Positions 63,669 to 64,000 of a DNA stretch of 64,000 bases are shown one piece after another; the first letter of the stretch is position 1; each line of letters opens with the position of its first letter. The notes below the pieces were generated by a model that ran no database searches, was not told the DNA's origin, and saw only the letters and a program-made list of their open reading frames with translations. Position numbers and translations under genes: made by a program. Source of the stretch: a virus (lineage: Duplodnaviria; Caudoviricetes); IMG/VR virus record IMGVR_UViG_3300005330_000014, positions 32,001-96,000 of that record; one strand, 5' to 3'.

Positions 63669-64000
63669 TCATAGTCTCATTAATATATCTAGTTTATAAT
63701 CAGGCCAGCTATTATTCATATCTGTGAAATGCCCTCCATTGTCTGCTTGATAAGGGCGATCATGGGCAGGATGCCCCGGCAAATGCAATTTAAATTGAAA
63801 ATAATCCTTATTAATTCTCTTTTCTAAAACTCGGGCGCGGATTTCATCGAATATTAGACAATTAGAATAAGAGAATATACTATCATTATTACTGTTAGTA
63901 GATAAAAAATTTTGAATATCATCAACCGCTTCATTGATTTTCCCATCTGGGGCACCCGTTTTAGAAAAACGGAGTAAACCGAGCGGATCATATATGATAG
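63669..64000 (-). CDS. Hypothetical protein, C-terminal part (starts outside window)
   Basis: Open frame from window end: ...IYDPLGLL...LIFDEIRARV...KLDILMRL*. Confidence 0.65.
   Translation of the reverse strand, partial: IIYDPLGLLRFSKTGAPDGKINEAVDDIQNFLSTNSNNDSIFSYSNCLIFDEIRARVLEKRINKDYFQFKLHLPGHPAHDRPYQADNGGHFTDMNNSWPDYKLDILMRL

Noticed and set aside
1-64000. CRISPR array, retron/DGR, group I/II intron, integrase
   Set aside because: No regularly spaced identical repeats with unique spacers, and no RT, intron core or recombinase motifs seen; the TROVE hairpins vary in sequence and spacing

Overview
A 64-kb segment of a large, AT-rich tailed (jumbo-type) bacteriophage genome in standard genetic code 11. 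No CRISPR array, integrase or reverse transcriptase was seen. Layout: (i) 1-4998, minus-strand late/packaging module (N-terminus of large terminase, ERCC4 nuclease, sigma factor, PhoH, tail-collar protein); (ii) 5163-12670, plus-strand cassette of small genes (Cys-dependent phosphatase, RNA ligase, CYTH, tRNA-Gly, an unusual tRNA-Asn); (iii) a strand and composition switch near 12.8 kb that may be the genome terminus; (iv) 13.0-64 kb, a minus-strand early/middle region driven by many host-type TTGAC-N16/17-TAnnnT promoters. Region (iv) holds a RuvB-like ATPase, histone-like/AT-hook proteins, a GHKL ATPase with HExxH, HNH genes, a nucleotidyltransferase, a TROVE/Ro60-like vWA protein, a pyrimidine-dimer glycosylase, a 2OG-Fe(II) oxygenase, a peptide deformylase, YopX, four more tRNAs and about 100 small hypothetical genes. 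Best lead: the Ro60-like gene is co-transcribed with four ~50-nt hairpins (three upstream, one downstream) whose stems covary around a conserved U(C/U)CAG(C/U)AA loop, a candidate Y-RNA-like array. Other leads: ORF-free promoter-to-terminator units that look like sRNAs, TGTAC-tagged terminators, and strong CGCG over-representation. A PVC-type prepilin signal hints at a Verrucomicrobia/Planctomycetes-like host (inference only). All family calls are by motif recognition, with no database search.
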